The notes under the pieces are model-generated. The model saw nothing but the letters and a program-made list of their open reading frames with translations, had not been told where the DNA came from and did no database searches. 64,000 nt of DNA from a phage, in assembly GCA_012441205.1 (NCBI GenBank), contig GCA_012441205.1_4705.1. One strand, given 5' to 3'. Numbering within the stretch: the first letter of the stretch is position 1; the number at the start of each line of letters is the position of its first letter. A program made the translations under genes and the position numbers. Positions 32,236 through 41,845 of the stretch are shown piece after piece.

Positions 32236-34238
32236 AACGTGATTACATCCTCCGGTTTAGGTTCTTTACGCGGTAAAAGCATGTAGTCGATCGGATGATC
32301 TGGCTTCATGGTTGGGATATAACTGTTCGGGTTTTGGAACGCATCCAGTTGCTCTTGGTGAGCGAACTTCATACTCAAGGAGCGCATGTTCATGTTCTTC
32401 TTGAAGGTACTGAAGTATCGTGTTGTTCCCTGTTTCGGCATGCGATAATCTTTCGTGTGTGGCGAACGAATCATGCTGGCGTAGAGAATAACATCGAGAT
32501 GCGAAAGGTTCATTCGCAGACGCTGGGCACACAGACGATGCCAATAATACAGCACGTTTGCAACTTCTTCCGGCGTTGCTTCGTCTTCCGAAAGGAATCC
32601 GGCACTGAAAGAACCTTTCCCGAATTTGAACTCACGTTCGATTTCTTTTGCGTATTCCATCATGTTTTTGTGGATTAACGGCATCTGGAATAACGTACGT
32701 GAATTGTCCCAATGTTTCAAGTCGAAAATCACAATCCCGTCAGACGTCACTTCCCAGCTATGGCGTTTTAGATAACGGATAAACGCTTTACTCGGTACAA
32801 CAGGACGACCGCAGAAATCGAAATTGACTTTGAGCTTACGATAGCTTTCATCTTTCCTGTCGTAAATCTCCATATCGCAAAGCGTCATGTTAAACAAACG
32901 TTGCGGTATCAGCGAACTAATTTCTTCCGCTTCGGCTACGTCGTACAACATGTTCGCAAGACCTAACTTCATCTTAATCAGCACGTGTTTACCTTTCAGC
33001 TCACGTGCGAGTTTGATGTCGTTCATGTTCTGGCTGTAGCGAAGGATATGTTGATATTCCGGTGGGATTGGTGCTGTGGATACCGTTGACGAACCATCGT
33101 GGTGTTTGGTAGAAAGAATGTTCTGCGTTACCTGTTGCGAACAGGTACGCGCTGCGCCATCGCCGACATTATCGGTTAGTGCGAAGTTATGACTTAATTC
33201 ACCGTAACACGTTGTACATACCCCAGCAGGATCGGGATGATGGCAATAGTTAACGGAGCGCATGCGTACCGTCGTACCAATCAATTCTTTCATGTGTGGT
33301 TGTATCGCTACCAACGAACCGTCATCACGAATAATGAATCGACCATGGAAGCCACGCAGGTCGGTCTCATCACGGATTGGCATCGGGATGGTCTCTTTAC
33401 TACCACAATCACCAGGATGAAGTCGTTGTACAACCGCTGTCGCTATCTGAAGTTCACGACCGAAATATTCAGACTTTTTAATCTGCTCTTTGTTGAACAG
33501 CAACGATTTCGCCGCAGAACGACTTTCTTTCAAGCTGTCGGGAAGAGAGATCAAACCAGCTGCGTACGACCGCATTACTGGATCACGGAATATCTCGGAG
33601 TTAATATCAGTCAAGAATCCACGCATCCCAATACACTGTAGCACCTGCCCAATCGAAACGTGTTCGGTTCTTACCGCACGTGCAATAGGGTTTGCATGTA
33701 ACGTTTTATCGGTGCTCAGTACCTTGGTCAGTTTCTTGTATGCGCTTTCGATACCTTCACGGGTGGGTTCCGCTTCGGCGATGATTTTCTTAACTTCGGG
33801 GTGTACAGTAATCTGATAAAAATCATCCGCGCAAATCGTTGTTACGTATTCCTCCAACGCATACGTAAAGAAGTTATACACATTGTTAAACATATCGAAC
33901 AATGCTTTCCAGAGAACCTCACGATTCTCTTGTGGGTAAGCATACATGCATTGACGATACGCGGCGCTTTGCAACGCAACCGATGAACCCGCTGTGAACT
34001 TGCGTTTATCAACCAGGTTCTCTTTTGTCAGTGGTGTCTCAGGATACATGCGATGCACAGACCAGTGCATGTAACTAAAGAAAATGCGTCGCGCACGTAA
34101 TTCATGAACGCCATCGTCCATCTCGATATATACGCGGTCATTAGGCTGTGCCCACTCGAATACCTCATCAACCGGCCAGTGCATAAGCTCGCGTGCCCTC
34201 ACACGACGTTTCGTGGTGGTCGTCTGTGTTGTAGTCAT
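32232..34238 (-). CDS. multisubunit RNA polymerase beta-prime homologue (C-terminal part)
   Basis: VRMRSVNYCHHPDPAGVCTTCYGE...AARTCSQQVTQNILSTKHHDG parallels E. coli RpoC VRSVVSCDTDFGVCAHCYG...[21 protein letters not shown] (recalled from memory). Confidence 0.6.
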   Translation of the reverse strand: MTTTQTTTTKRRVRARELMHWPVDEVFEWAQPNDRVYIEMDDGVHELRARRIFFSYMHWSVHRMYPETPLTKENLVDKRKFTAGSSVALQSAAYRQCMYAYPQENREVLWKALFDMFNNVYNFFTYALEEYVTTICADDFYQITVHPEVKKIIAEAEPTREGIESAYKKLTKVLSTDKTLHANPIARAVRTEHVSIGQVLQCIGMRGFLTDINSEIFRDPVMRSYAAGLISLPDSLKESRSAAKSLLFNKEQIKKSEYFGRELQIATAVVQRLHPGDCGSKETIPMPIRDETDLRGFHGRFIIRDDGSLVAIQPHMKELIGTTVRMRSVNYCHHPDPAGVCTTCYGELSHNFALTDNVGDGAARTCSQQVTQNILSTKHHDGSSTVSTAPIPPEYQHILRYSQNMNDIKLARELKGKHVLIKMKLGLANMLYDVAEAEEISSLIPQRLFNMTLCDMEIYDRKDESYRKLKVNFDFCGRPVVPSKAFIRYLKRHSWEVTSDGIVIFDLKHWDNSRTLFQMPLIHKNMMEYAKEIEREFKFGKGSFSAGFLSEDEATPEEVANVLYYWHRLCAQRLRMNLSHLDVILYASMIRSPHTKDYRMPKQGTTRYFSTFKKNMNMRSLSMKFAHQEQLDAFQNPNSYIPTMKPDHPIDYMLLPRKEPKPEDVITL

Positions 34239-34383
34239 TATTGCTTTCCGATTTAAATGGTTTTATCATACGGTTTACCAAATCCGTTGGACTTTACTAT
34301 CGTTGTGATAGCATCGGGAATCCCTTCCCTTAGGTTATGTAGGTGTTAATATATCTCCACTGCTGACCTTTATGTCGGCAGCA

Positions 34384-34869
34384 TTATCCAGCTTTCTGTT
34401 GTAAAGCGTATGGATCCATAGCGTCAGACATATCCGCAAAAACGGTGAGAATAAACCCCTTTATCTGTCTCACCTCGGTTACACGAAGCCCTTTATCATT
34501 ACGATATACGTTTTCTTCACCGACCAACTTCGGCCTGATAGCATAAACCCCATCAACAAACGGGAATGTCGGATACGGATAAATACCGATACGAATGATG
34601 TTTGGGTGATCGCCTAGAAGGTCACGTCCAAACTTATCGACTCGACCATAAATCGTTCCATCCACACCTTCCACTTCAATGAGATCATTTCGAATATCCT
34701 GAAATAGCTGCTCTAACGTGTCGGCGGGATACGCGTATGCGACGCCTAACGCTGGATCCTCAATGGTTTTGACACTGAATCCGTTAAGCCAAACAATCCG
34801 TTCGTCCGCCCATGTTTCTTCATATACCGTTAATCCATCGCCGTATATGTTGGCGTGTGCTATCTCCAT
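34384..34869 (-). CDS. hypothetical protein
   Basis: 161-aa ORF. Confidence 0.45.
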   Translation of the reverse strand: MEIAHANIYGDGLTVYEETWADERIVWLNGFSVKTIEDPALGVAYAYPADTLEQLFQDIRNDLIEVEGVDGTIYGRVDKFGRDLLGDHPNIIRIGIYPYPTFPFVDGVYAIRPKLVGEENVYRNDKGLRVTEVRQIKGFILTVFADMSDAMDPYALQQKAG

Positions 34870-35026
34870 AATCTCATTTCCTCTTATACGTTAGGATAGA
34901 TGACATGTTGGATATACGTTGCCTTTGCATATATTGCTTTATTTCCGTCAGAAATAACGGAAAATAAAAACAACGACATAGTTCCCTCCCACCTCCACAT
35001 GGGAGAGGGAGGGCTATTCGTGTTTA

Positions 35027-35389
35027 TTACTCTATGCTGTCTTCTTCAACACAATCCTCTTCGGAACCGTCGAACGTTTTCTGCACTGCGGTGGTATCCC
35101 AGTTGGCAGCGTAATCAGCCATCGCTTCGCGCAGTGCTTCTTCACCAGCATCACCAGCCAGGTCAAGCACAACCAACCCTTGCGCGACGTTTTGAGCGAC
35201 AGTATCAATAACGGTCGCATCTTCTTCAAAACTACGTACCGGTTCAATGGTGCCTACATCAACAGCATAGTTCGTGGTCGCTGTAAGCACGGCGACTTGT
35301 AGCGCGTCGCTATCTTCATCATGCAATGCTGCTTCAATACCGATTGGACGGGCCAGTTCTTGCAGTGTTAATTTGCGAATTAAGTTCAT
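35027..35389 (-). CDS. hypothetical acidic protein
   Basis: 120-aa ORF, D/E-rich. Confidence 0.45.
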   Translation of the reverse strand: MNLIRKLTLQELARPIGIEAALHDEDSDALQVAVLTATTNYAVDVGTIEPVRSFEEDATVIDTVAQNVAQGLVVLDLAGDAGEEALREAMADYAANWDTTAVQKTFDGSEEDCVEEDSIE

Positions 35390-35411
35390 TATGTTTTTCC
35401 TCAGGTGAATG

Positions 35412-35840
35412 TTAGCAATCGTTTAAAACTTTTTCGATACGATGGTTGACGAGTTCATTGAACGACTCTTCAACTTGTTCGATAATTTCATCAACGTCGA
35501 TATCTAATTGTTGGGGTTGGATAACATGCTCTTTCATGGTTTCTAGCCAGTATTCGGCTTTAACCATAACGTTAGCTACTTGTTCGACCTGGCTGCGTAT
35601 GTCGACGATCTGGCAGTCAGGATTTTTAATATCGATGATGTGCCCGTGCTGATTGATAAAGCCTAGCTTATTCGACGCCTTTACCGCATCGCGGGCAAGT
35701 TCTTGCAAGATTAAATTATTAACGTAGTTCACTGCTACGGAACGATTTTCGTTATCACTCATACCAGGGATCCTCTTTAAGTCATCACATTCTAGTGTTA
35801 AGCAGTTAAAATAAACCGTCCCTTTAATCAGCATAAACAT
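35412..35840 (-). CDS. hypothetical protein
   Basis: 142-aa ORF. Confidence 0.45.
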   Translation of the reverse strand: MFMLIKGTVYFNCLTLECDDLKRIPGMSDNENRSVAVNYVNNLILQELARDAVKASNKLGFINQHGHIIDIKNPDCQIVDIRSQVEQVANVMVKAEYWLETMKEHVIQPQQLDIDVDEIIEQVEESFNELVNHRIEKVLNDC

Positions 35841-35870
35841 CCTCCTCCCACCACAGGGGCAGGAGGAGGC
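35831..35870 (-). terminator. GC hairpin + TTTATGC-type terminator
   Basis: gcataaacatcctcctccc...ggaggagg downstream of 35881..36291. Confidence 0.4.
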
Positions 35871-35880
35871 GTAATATGCA

Positions 35881-36291
35881 TCAGAAAGGAGGGCGATCTT
35901 TAAATTCTAGCAACGTGTCTTCGAAGCAAGCGATAAGTTCAGACTGCAATTCGGTACGGCCTTGTTCACCGAAGAGTTCCAGCAACATTAACCCCCGAGC
36001 GGTCTTCGTAGCAACCTCTTCGCAGATGCGGAGATCGCGAACTTCATCATCGCCGACATCTTTACGTAACTGCGCTGCAATGGGCTTAAGATTACCGTTT
36101 TCATCGTGTTCGTCACGAAATGCATCATAAGCCGCATCGATGTTCGCGATCCGTGTCAACCCTTCAGAATCCCGCCAGTCTCGATATAATCCAAGCAGAC
36201 GGTTATGATTCTTCGTTTTGACGTTCGGTGCTGGAAGGTTGCGCAACAGATGTGGTGTAATCATTGCTATCACGCTATCCGAATGATCCAT
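35881..36291 (-). CDS. hypothetical protein
   Basis: 136-aa ORF. Confidence 0.45.
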   Translation of the reverse strand: MDHSDSVIAMITPHLLRNLPAPNVKTKNHNRLLGLYRDWRDSEGLTRIANIDAAYDAFRDEHDENGNLKPIAAQLRKDVGDDEVRDLRICEEVATKTARGLMLLELFGEQGRTELQSELIACFEDTLLEFKDRPPF

Positions 36292-36302
36292 CGTATACCT
36301 CG

Positions 36303-38471
36303 TTAGCTTTCGCAGTCATCTGCGTCGATGATTTGTCCGCCAGCAACGTTCAGTTGATGATACAGAATCCTCAACGCACGGTTGCCGCCAATGGGATACT
36401 TCTCGAAGTTGGTCGCAATAGGAATCGCTGACGGTTTATCGGTCGCATAGATGCTTTCAGTGATGCTATCCACCTGTTTTGGATTGTTCGCATAATCCAT
36501 AAAGACGCTAGCAAACCATCCGCCAGCAAAGGCGGTAACTTCGCGATGTTCAGATTCACCGCAGTAACGAGTTGGTTGCTCTTTACCAGGAGAACTGTAT
36601 TTATCGCTATTACTGAGTTTCGACGGTAATCCATGCGCTTGCAGTTTAGGGATGCCCACCGCTGACCAGTCGTTCGCCGTCTTCTCCAACATCATGATGT
36701 ACGTGTCACCGATCGCAATATCGTTCTTGGTTGTCCGCCATTGCCCAGAACGTCCACGATACCGTACAGGACCTTTCTTCAACGGGAACTCACGAATCAG
36801 ATTCTCCATACGTTCTGAACCTGCTGCGATACTGTCCGTCGGGATATAAACTTCCGTACCGTGGCGCTGTACGTACCGTAAATGATCCCATTTATCCTCA
36901 TCCGTGATACAGTATTTTTCAACAACCTGTTCCACGAACTCAGGACTGACGATATAGTAGTAGCGCATCAGTGTGTTCCAAGCGGTCTCCAGATCGCCTG
37001 CATCCATCACCGGTTTCAGTTCACGCATGATCTGATCACCAACACCGTTGATGTATGGCGCATTAACACGACTTAAACTCATCCTTTTGATTACCGTGCT
37101 ATCGTCGAACATAAAGTCCGCAACGTTACCCCATTGGTCAACCGGCATTTCATCGTCTTCCATGATGTCGGTTACGACGAATTTATCACCCGCCATACCG
37201 GTGAATTTAAACCCGATACCCGGAACAACATCGTACGTGTATGTGATGGTCACACGCCAATCATCGAGATTCTCTTTACGGTAATCGCGGGTCGGTAACA
37301 CATGACGTAGCTGTCCGTTAGGATTGCGGATATCAATACCGTGTTCAGCATCAGCCAGGTTCAACCACCACATCACCGTTTGATGATGACGTATCGGCGT
37401 ACCAACGCGTTCACGTTCGTACTTACGAACAGCATCCTGAATTCGGGTGTAAAGCAAACCAATCGCGTTCTCGTATTTCAGGAATTGACGATACGGAGGA
37501 CGCATCTTCTCTTCCATCATAATCGCACGCTCGCGGGCTTGACGTCCAGAACGACGATGTCGGTCGCTGACAACATCGATATCCGTTACACGCGCATTCG
37601 GTTCCGCGTAAGTGAGATCATCGTAAACATAATCCACACGCTGAAGGTTACACGTCATCATGTCAACAACGCTGAGGATAGGATCGATTTCGCGCGTTGC
37701 TGCAAGTAACCCATCCTTACGAATACGCTCACCGTTCTCGGGTATTGCTTGATATACCTCATCATCACCGTAGAGATTGATTGGGTATCGTGATTTACCT
37801 GATGTGATCGTTCGCTTCTCAATGCCGGTACTGGTGAAATGCTTCAATACACCACGACGGGCAACACCACCATCCTCGATACACTGATAGAAGCTACCGA
37901 AACACACTTTGCAATCGCGACCGTAACCCCACTCGCGCGTTTCTTGATTGATCGCTGGGCTTTCCATCAAACGAGAATACCGCGGTACGATCTGGCCTCG
38001 ACGAAGGGAATGGAACAAGTTGGTTGGTCGAAAACGGAAACCATACTGCTGATGCATGATGTGATGCTCAGGCACTTCAAGCAAGCGTAGCTCGTGACGG
38101 TTACCATCCTCTTGGTTTTCATACAGCACGTAATGCATCGTGTTTGTTTTGATGCTGTTTGCTGTATGTCCTGGTTGAAACCGCGGAATGATATCTATGA
38201 TGCGAGATTCAACTGGAAACTCTACTGACCAAGTGTTCTGTCCGTACTGGTATTCAATCCCCGTCGTTAGTCGGGACGGTTTCGCATCTTTGATAACCAA
38301 CGCTTGGCTAAGATGTCCACCAAACATCGCAGCGCGCTGTGCTGAGTTATAATGCAGTAGCCCGTTAAGTCCAGTCCCTACGCCAGTATACTCCTGTTTA
38401 ATGGGAATGATTTTACCTTCAGCGATTGCCTGCTTCACAGATTCATAAAGAGGTTTTTCTTTATAATGCAT
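36303..38471 (-). CDS. multisubunit RNA polymerase beta homologue (C-terminal two-thirds)
   Basis: LHYNSAQRAAMFGGHLSQALV...KPSRLTTG, GMAGDKFVVTDIMEDDEMPVDQWGNVADFMFD and C-terminal GGNRALRILYHQLNV parallel E. coli RpoB ([64 protein letters not shown]). Start trimmed to ATG 38469-38471 with AGGAAG RBS. Confidence 0.7.
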   Translation of the reverse strand: MHYKEKPLYESVKQAIAEGKIIPIKQEYTGVGTGLNGLLHYNSAQRAAMFGGHLSQALVIKDAKPSRLTTGIEYQYGQNTWSVEFPVESRIIDIIPRFQPGHTANSIKTNTMHYVLYENQEDGNRHELRLLEVPEHHIMHQQYGFRFRPTNLFHSLRRGQIVPRYSRLMESPAINQETREWGYGRDCKVCFGSFYQCIEDGGVARRGVLKHFTSTGIEKRTITSGKSRYPINLYGDDEVYQAIPENGERIRKDGLLAATREIDPILSVVDMMTCNLQRVDYVYDDLTYAEPNARVTDIDVVSDRHRRSGRQARERAIMMEEKMRPPYRQFLKYENAIGLLYTRIQDAVRKYERERVGTPIRHHQTVMWWLNLADAEHGIDIRNPNGQLRHVLPTRDYRKENLDDWRVTITYTYDVVPGIGFKFTGMAGDKFVVTDIMEDDEMPVDQWGNVADFMFDDSTVIKRMSLSRVNAPYINGVGDQIMRELKPVMDAGDLETAWNTLMRYYYIVSPEFVEQVVEKYCITDEDKWDHLRYVQRHGTEVYIPTDSIAAGSERMENLIREFPLKKGPVRYRGRSGQWRTTKNDIAIGDTYIMMLEKTANDWSAVGIPKLQAHGLPSKLSNSDKYSSPGKEQPTRYCGESEHREVTAFAGGWFASVFMDYANNPKQVDSITESIYATDKPSAIPIATNFEKYPIGGNRALRILYHQLNVAGGQIIDADDCES

Positions 38472-38502
38472 AGGACTTCCTATTATCGAATTGAGGTACG
38501 TC

Positions 38503-38856
38503 ATGTCTAACACGCCCCTGAACGACTTTCTTAAGACAAACCCCGATGACCTCATCCACGATCTTGATTTCAGGAACGTTGTTGAGATGCATCTGGAATA
38601 TTTCAAAAATGCCGGACTGGTCTCTACGATAGACATACCACCCGAACGCGCCTACGAATTCGATGGTAACTTTTATGGATTGTGTCGTGTTCTGCTCGGT
38701 GAGGGCAGTGAACCAATGCACTGGATAACCATGAGACTCAATGGTTATCGCGACCCTACGGAATACACCGCCGATGTTCTAACCATGAAGATTGTCGATA
38801 CAAGCGCAATCAACACATTAAAACAGCAGTATCGCACAATCCACTACAGCGCTTAA
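38503..38856 (+). CDS. hypothetical protein
   Basis: Plus-strand ORF (MSNTPLNDF...) followed by hairpin + TTTATGC at 38862-38900. Confidence 0.4.
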   Translation: MSNTPLNDFLKTNPDDLIHDLDFRNVVEMHLEYFKNAGLVSTIDIPPERAYEFDGNFYGLCRVLLGEGSEPMHWITMRLNGYRDPTEYTADVLTMKIVDTSAINTLKQQYRTIHYSA

Positions 38857-38921
38857 GATAACCCTCCCACAGCGTAAAGCGTAGGGAGGGCATTTATGCC
38901 GTCGTTCGATGACTTAATACA

Positions 38922-40202
38922 TCAGAAACGATTTACAGTACGTCCTGTCCACGCGCTCAGGATGTTGTTACGTTCCATCTCAGCACGACGACGTAAACCG
39001 TTTGGCGACTGCGGTGCTTGCGGCATCCCCCATCCAGCCGGTTGCATACCCATGCCCGGCCAAGCAGCGTTATTGAACATCGTACCGTTACGTTCCGCAA
39101 CACGGTTCATCAGCGCATCAAACGTGCTATTACCTGCCGGTTGGTTACCGCCGCTTTCCCACTGATTAGGTTGGACAGGTGCGGTTTTACCTAACAGGTT
39201 ATCGATCACACTGCCTGTTGAAGCAGGACGCGGTTGCATACCTTCATGTGCAGCTGCTGATGGATTTGGCTTAACCGTCGGCTGCGGACGACTGTTCAGC
39301 GTTACACCCATGTTGTATTTCGCTGGCGGAATCTGACCACGATGTTGATTGATCGGTTCAAAATCCTCAACCCAGGTAACATCACAGTAGCCGTTCTCTT
39401 TACCGTCGTACTTATCACCAAACAGTTTGATGAGATTGTTCAGCGGTTCCATCAGCTTAGCGAAGCTGTGGATAAGACAATCGAAATACGGAGCATGAGG
39501 ATCGCTTGACCCAGCGTTGTACGTTTCACTTACCTCACCCGCGTGTGGGATAACGTACTCAACCAGGTTTCTCAGCATGTTAAGATCTTTCTTGGAAATC
39601 TCAACACCACACCAGTACGTTTTCTTATCTTTCGTGCTGATATGTTCTTCTTCCATGAACGGGAAAGTAACGACCGCAACACGGGTCATCTTCTTACCCA
39701 TGTAGGTTGCACCAGTACGACGAAGATAAATTTTGGACAGTGTATACGGCGTATCACGTTTCAGCCAAACGGTGACCAGTTTACCCAGGGTCGTTAATGT
39801 TTTATCGCTGGCGTCCGCAAGGATGTTGAAGAACTCTTTTTGCTTCGGTCCGAAACGTTTTGCTTCTTTAGGATTGATTGCGGTTTCAACCATCCAAATC
39901 AGCATGGAGCATAGCGTGGCGTTAAAACGAACAACCATCGCACGACGCAGGAACTGAAGTACTTCCGATTCGCCGTTCATCACGTCTTCACTTAGCGGAT
40001 GGAACAGCACACGTTCAGCCAGCTGATTTCCGGTACGAACTTCAGAAACCGGCATCAGCAACGGCATGCTTTCCACGGTAGCGGCAACTGCAACAACTTT
40101 ACCATCCCCATCCGTAAAACGATATTCTAATTCGTGGGCGTCATTCTCAAAATAGTTAACGCTCTGTAGTGCTTTGCGATAAGCTTCGATAAGCTTCGAC
40201 AT
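38922..40202 (-). CDS. hypothetical protein with Gly/Pro/Gln-rich C-terminal low-complexity tail
   Basis: 426-aa ORF. Confidence 0.5.
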   Translation of the reverse strand: MSKLIEAYRKALQSVNYFENDAHELEYRFTDGDGKVVAVAATVESMPLLMPVSEVRTGNQLAERVLFHPLSEDVMNGESEVLQFLRRAMVVRFNATLCSMLIWMVETAINPKEAKRFGPKQKEFFNILADASDKTLTTLGKLVTVWLKRDTPYTLSKIYLRRTGATYMGKKMTRVAVVTFPFMEEEHISTKDKKTYWCGVEISKKDLNMLRNLVEYVIPHAGEVSETYNAGSSDPHAPYFDCLIHSFAKLMEPLNNLIKLFGDKYDGKENGYCDVTWVEDFEPINQHRGQIPPAKYNMGVTLNSRPQPTVKPNPSAAAHEGMQPRPASTGSVIDNLLGKTAPVQPNQWESGGNQPAGNSTFDALMNRVAERNGTMFNNAAWPGMGMQPAGWGMPQAPQSPNGLRRRAEMERNNILSAWTGRTVNRF

Positions 40203-40257
40203 ATTGTATTTCCTTTTCTTTACGTCAACGGTCCCCCTACAACAGGGGACCTATGGA

Positions 40258-41844
40258 TTAGAAGTTGCCTTTGGTAGTTACCGCATCCACCAGGTTAAAC
40301 AAATCAACACTCAGCTTGTAAACCTCCTGCTGGCTACGGTTGAGCAGCGGGCTGTATGCAGATGGGTTGATGTTCGGCATGGTGTACGGAATCGGTGCGG
40401 AGCCGTCAACGCTGATCTTGAACTGGCTGTCCAGGAACAGGTTAATCGCGCCGCTCACCATAACCGCATTCGGGTTGTTACCCAACATGGAGGGTAGGAT
40501 ATTGGTAATCATGTCAGAACGCATTTGTTCAGCAGCACGGTTACAATCGTATCCTTTAATGAACGGTACAGCGTCGGTAACCGCAACCGCCCACTGACCT
40601 GGCATGATACCGAGTTCTGGGTGACCATGGTTGTCAGCAATGAAACGGAACGACTCCAACATGCGATACGTCATCGCAGCAGGCATCATTGCAGCAAGCG
40701 ATGAGCAATACAGCGTTGGATAATCGATCACGTCCCAGCTCTGGCTGTCGGTAGGCATCCAACCAAACTCGGTGGTTGCTGATGTACCACGACGAGCTTC
40801 CACATACGGGAATAACGTTAAGACGTCACGGATATGTTCACCGAACATCCGTTTCATGTCAGCCCAACTCAGGCTACCGCTGAAAGCGAATCCTTCATCA
40901 CGCATAATCGCACCGAATACCGGATGCGCAACCAGAGGTTCTTCACGAACAGCTTGAGCGGCTTCCACGTAAATATCCTCGTTCTCTGCGCTACCTGGAT
41001 GAGACCCGCTTTCGTACGTCTGACGAATAGCTCCAACATTATCGAAGGCTTTTCTCAGATAGATGGTTGGGATGTTCGTATCAGCACTAGCTGGTTTGAT
41101 TTTCTCTGTTGCGAAACACATAGCTGCTTCCACACCACGGAAAACCGGTTCCGGTTGCGGTGGATAGGATGTACGATGAACCACATCAGCGTAGGCTGGA
41201 TCGAACTGCTGCATCACGTTCTGCATGGCTGGGTCCATGAACTGGTTATCAAAACCACCATTACCTACCCAACGTGCTGTTGATGCATAGGTCAGCGTAT
41301 CCTGAACACGAGTACTGAACTGAACATCACGATTAACAGGGTCGTATGCGCCGGTCAACAGGTTCGTTGCGTCCATCGGGGTTGCACGAACGATTTGCTT
41401 ACCGAACATATCCGTCGTGGTTGTTTCGGTTACCTGGATTACGTTCGTGAAGAAGAACACCAGTTCGTTCGGCAGATCGATAGCACGCGTTGTAAACGCA
41501 TCGAGACTTACAGAATGGTCGGTGTATCCAGAAATGTAATGGACGCGCTTGGTTCCTGGTGCAAGGGCCAAGGATTCTTCTACAGCCATCATGAAATGGA
41601 AACGGCGTGTGCCCCAACCATTCGCAATCTCCGAAACCCCCTCAGGTTCTGCAGACTGCTGCAACAACCCGGTTGCAAGCTTATTGATTGCTGATGGTGT
41701 TGTTGCCGTACCGAACCGCGTCGTGTTAATAAAGTCTTCGATGCTACGCATGCTATCTGCGTGGAATCGTAGCGGACGACGCTGTACGTTGTTGTACGGT
41801 GCGGTTTCAACCATCAGGATTTCACGAACATTCATCGGGATCAT
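40258..41844 (-). CDS. hypothetical protein (possibly structural)
   Basis: 528-aa ORF. Confidence 0.5.
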   Translation of the reverse strand: MIPMNVREILMVETAPYNNVQRRPLRFHADSMRSIEDFINTTRFGTATTPSAINKLATGLLQQSAEPEGVSEIANGWGTRRFHFMMAVEESLALAPGTKRVHYISGYTDHSVSLDAFTTRAIDLPNELVFFFTNVIQVTETTTTDMFGKQIVRATPMDATNLLTGAYDPVNRDVQFSTRVQDTLTYASTARWVGNGGFDNQFMDPAMQNVMQQFDPAYADVVHRTSYPPQPEPVFRGVEAAMCFATEKIKPASADTNIPTIYLRKAFDNVGAIRQTYESGSHPGSAENEDIYVEAAQAVREEPLVAHPVFGAIMRDEGFAFSGSLSWADMKRMFGEHIRDVLTLFPYVEARRGTSATTEFGWMPTDSQSWDVIDYPTLYCSSLAAMMPAAMTYRMLESFRFIADNHGHPELGIMPGQWAVAVTDAVPFIKGYDCNRAAEQMRSDMITNILPSMLGNNPNAVMVSGAINLFLDSQFKISVDGSAPIPYTMPNINPSAYSPLLNRSQQEVYKLSVDLFNLVDAVTTKGNF

Positions 41845-41845
41845 T

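Noticed and set aside
40181-40200. Tandem 10-mer aagcttcgat x2 at the 5' end of gene 38922..40202
   Set aside because: Only two copies, in frame and coding (MSKLIEAYRK); likely a chance duplication rather than a repeat element.
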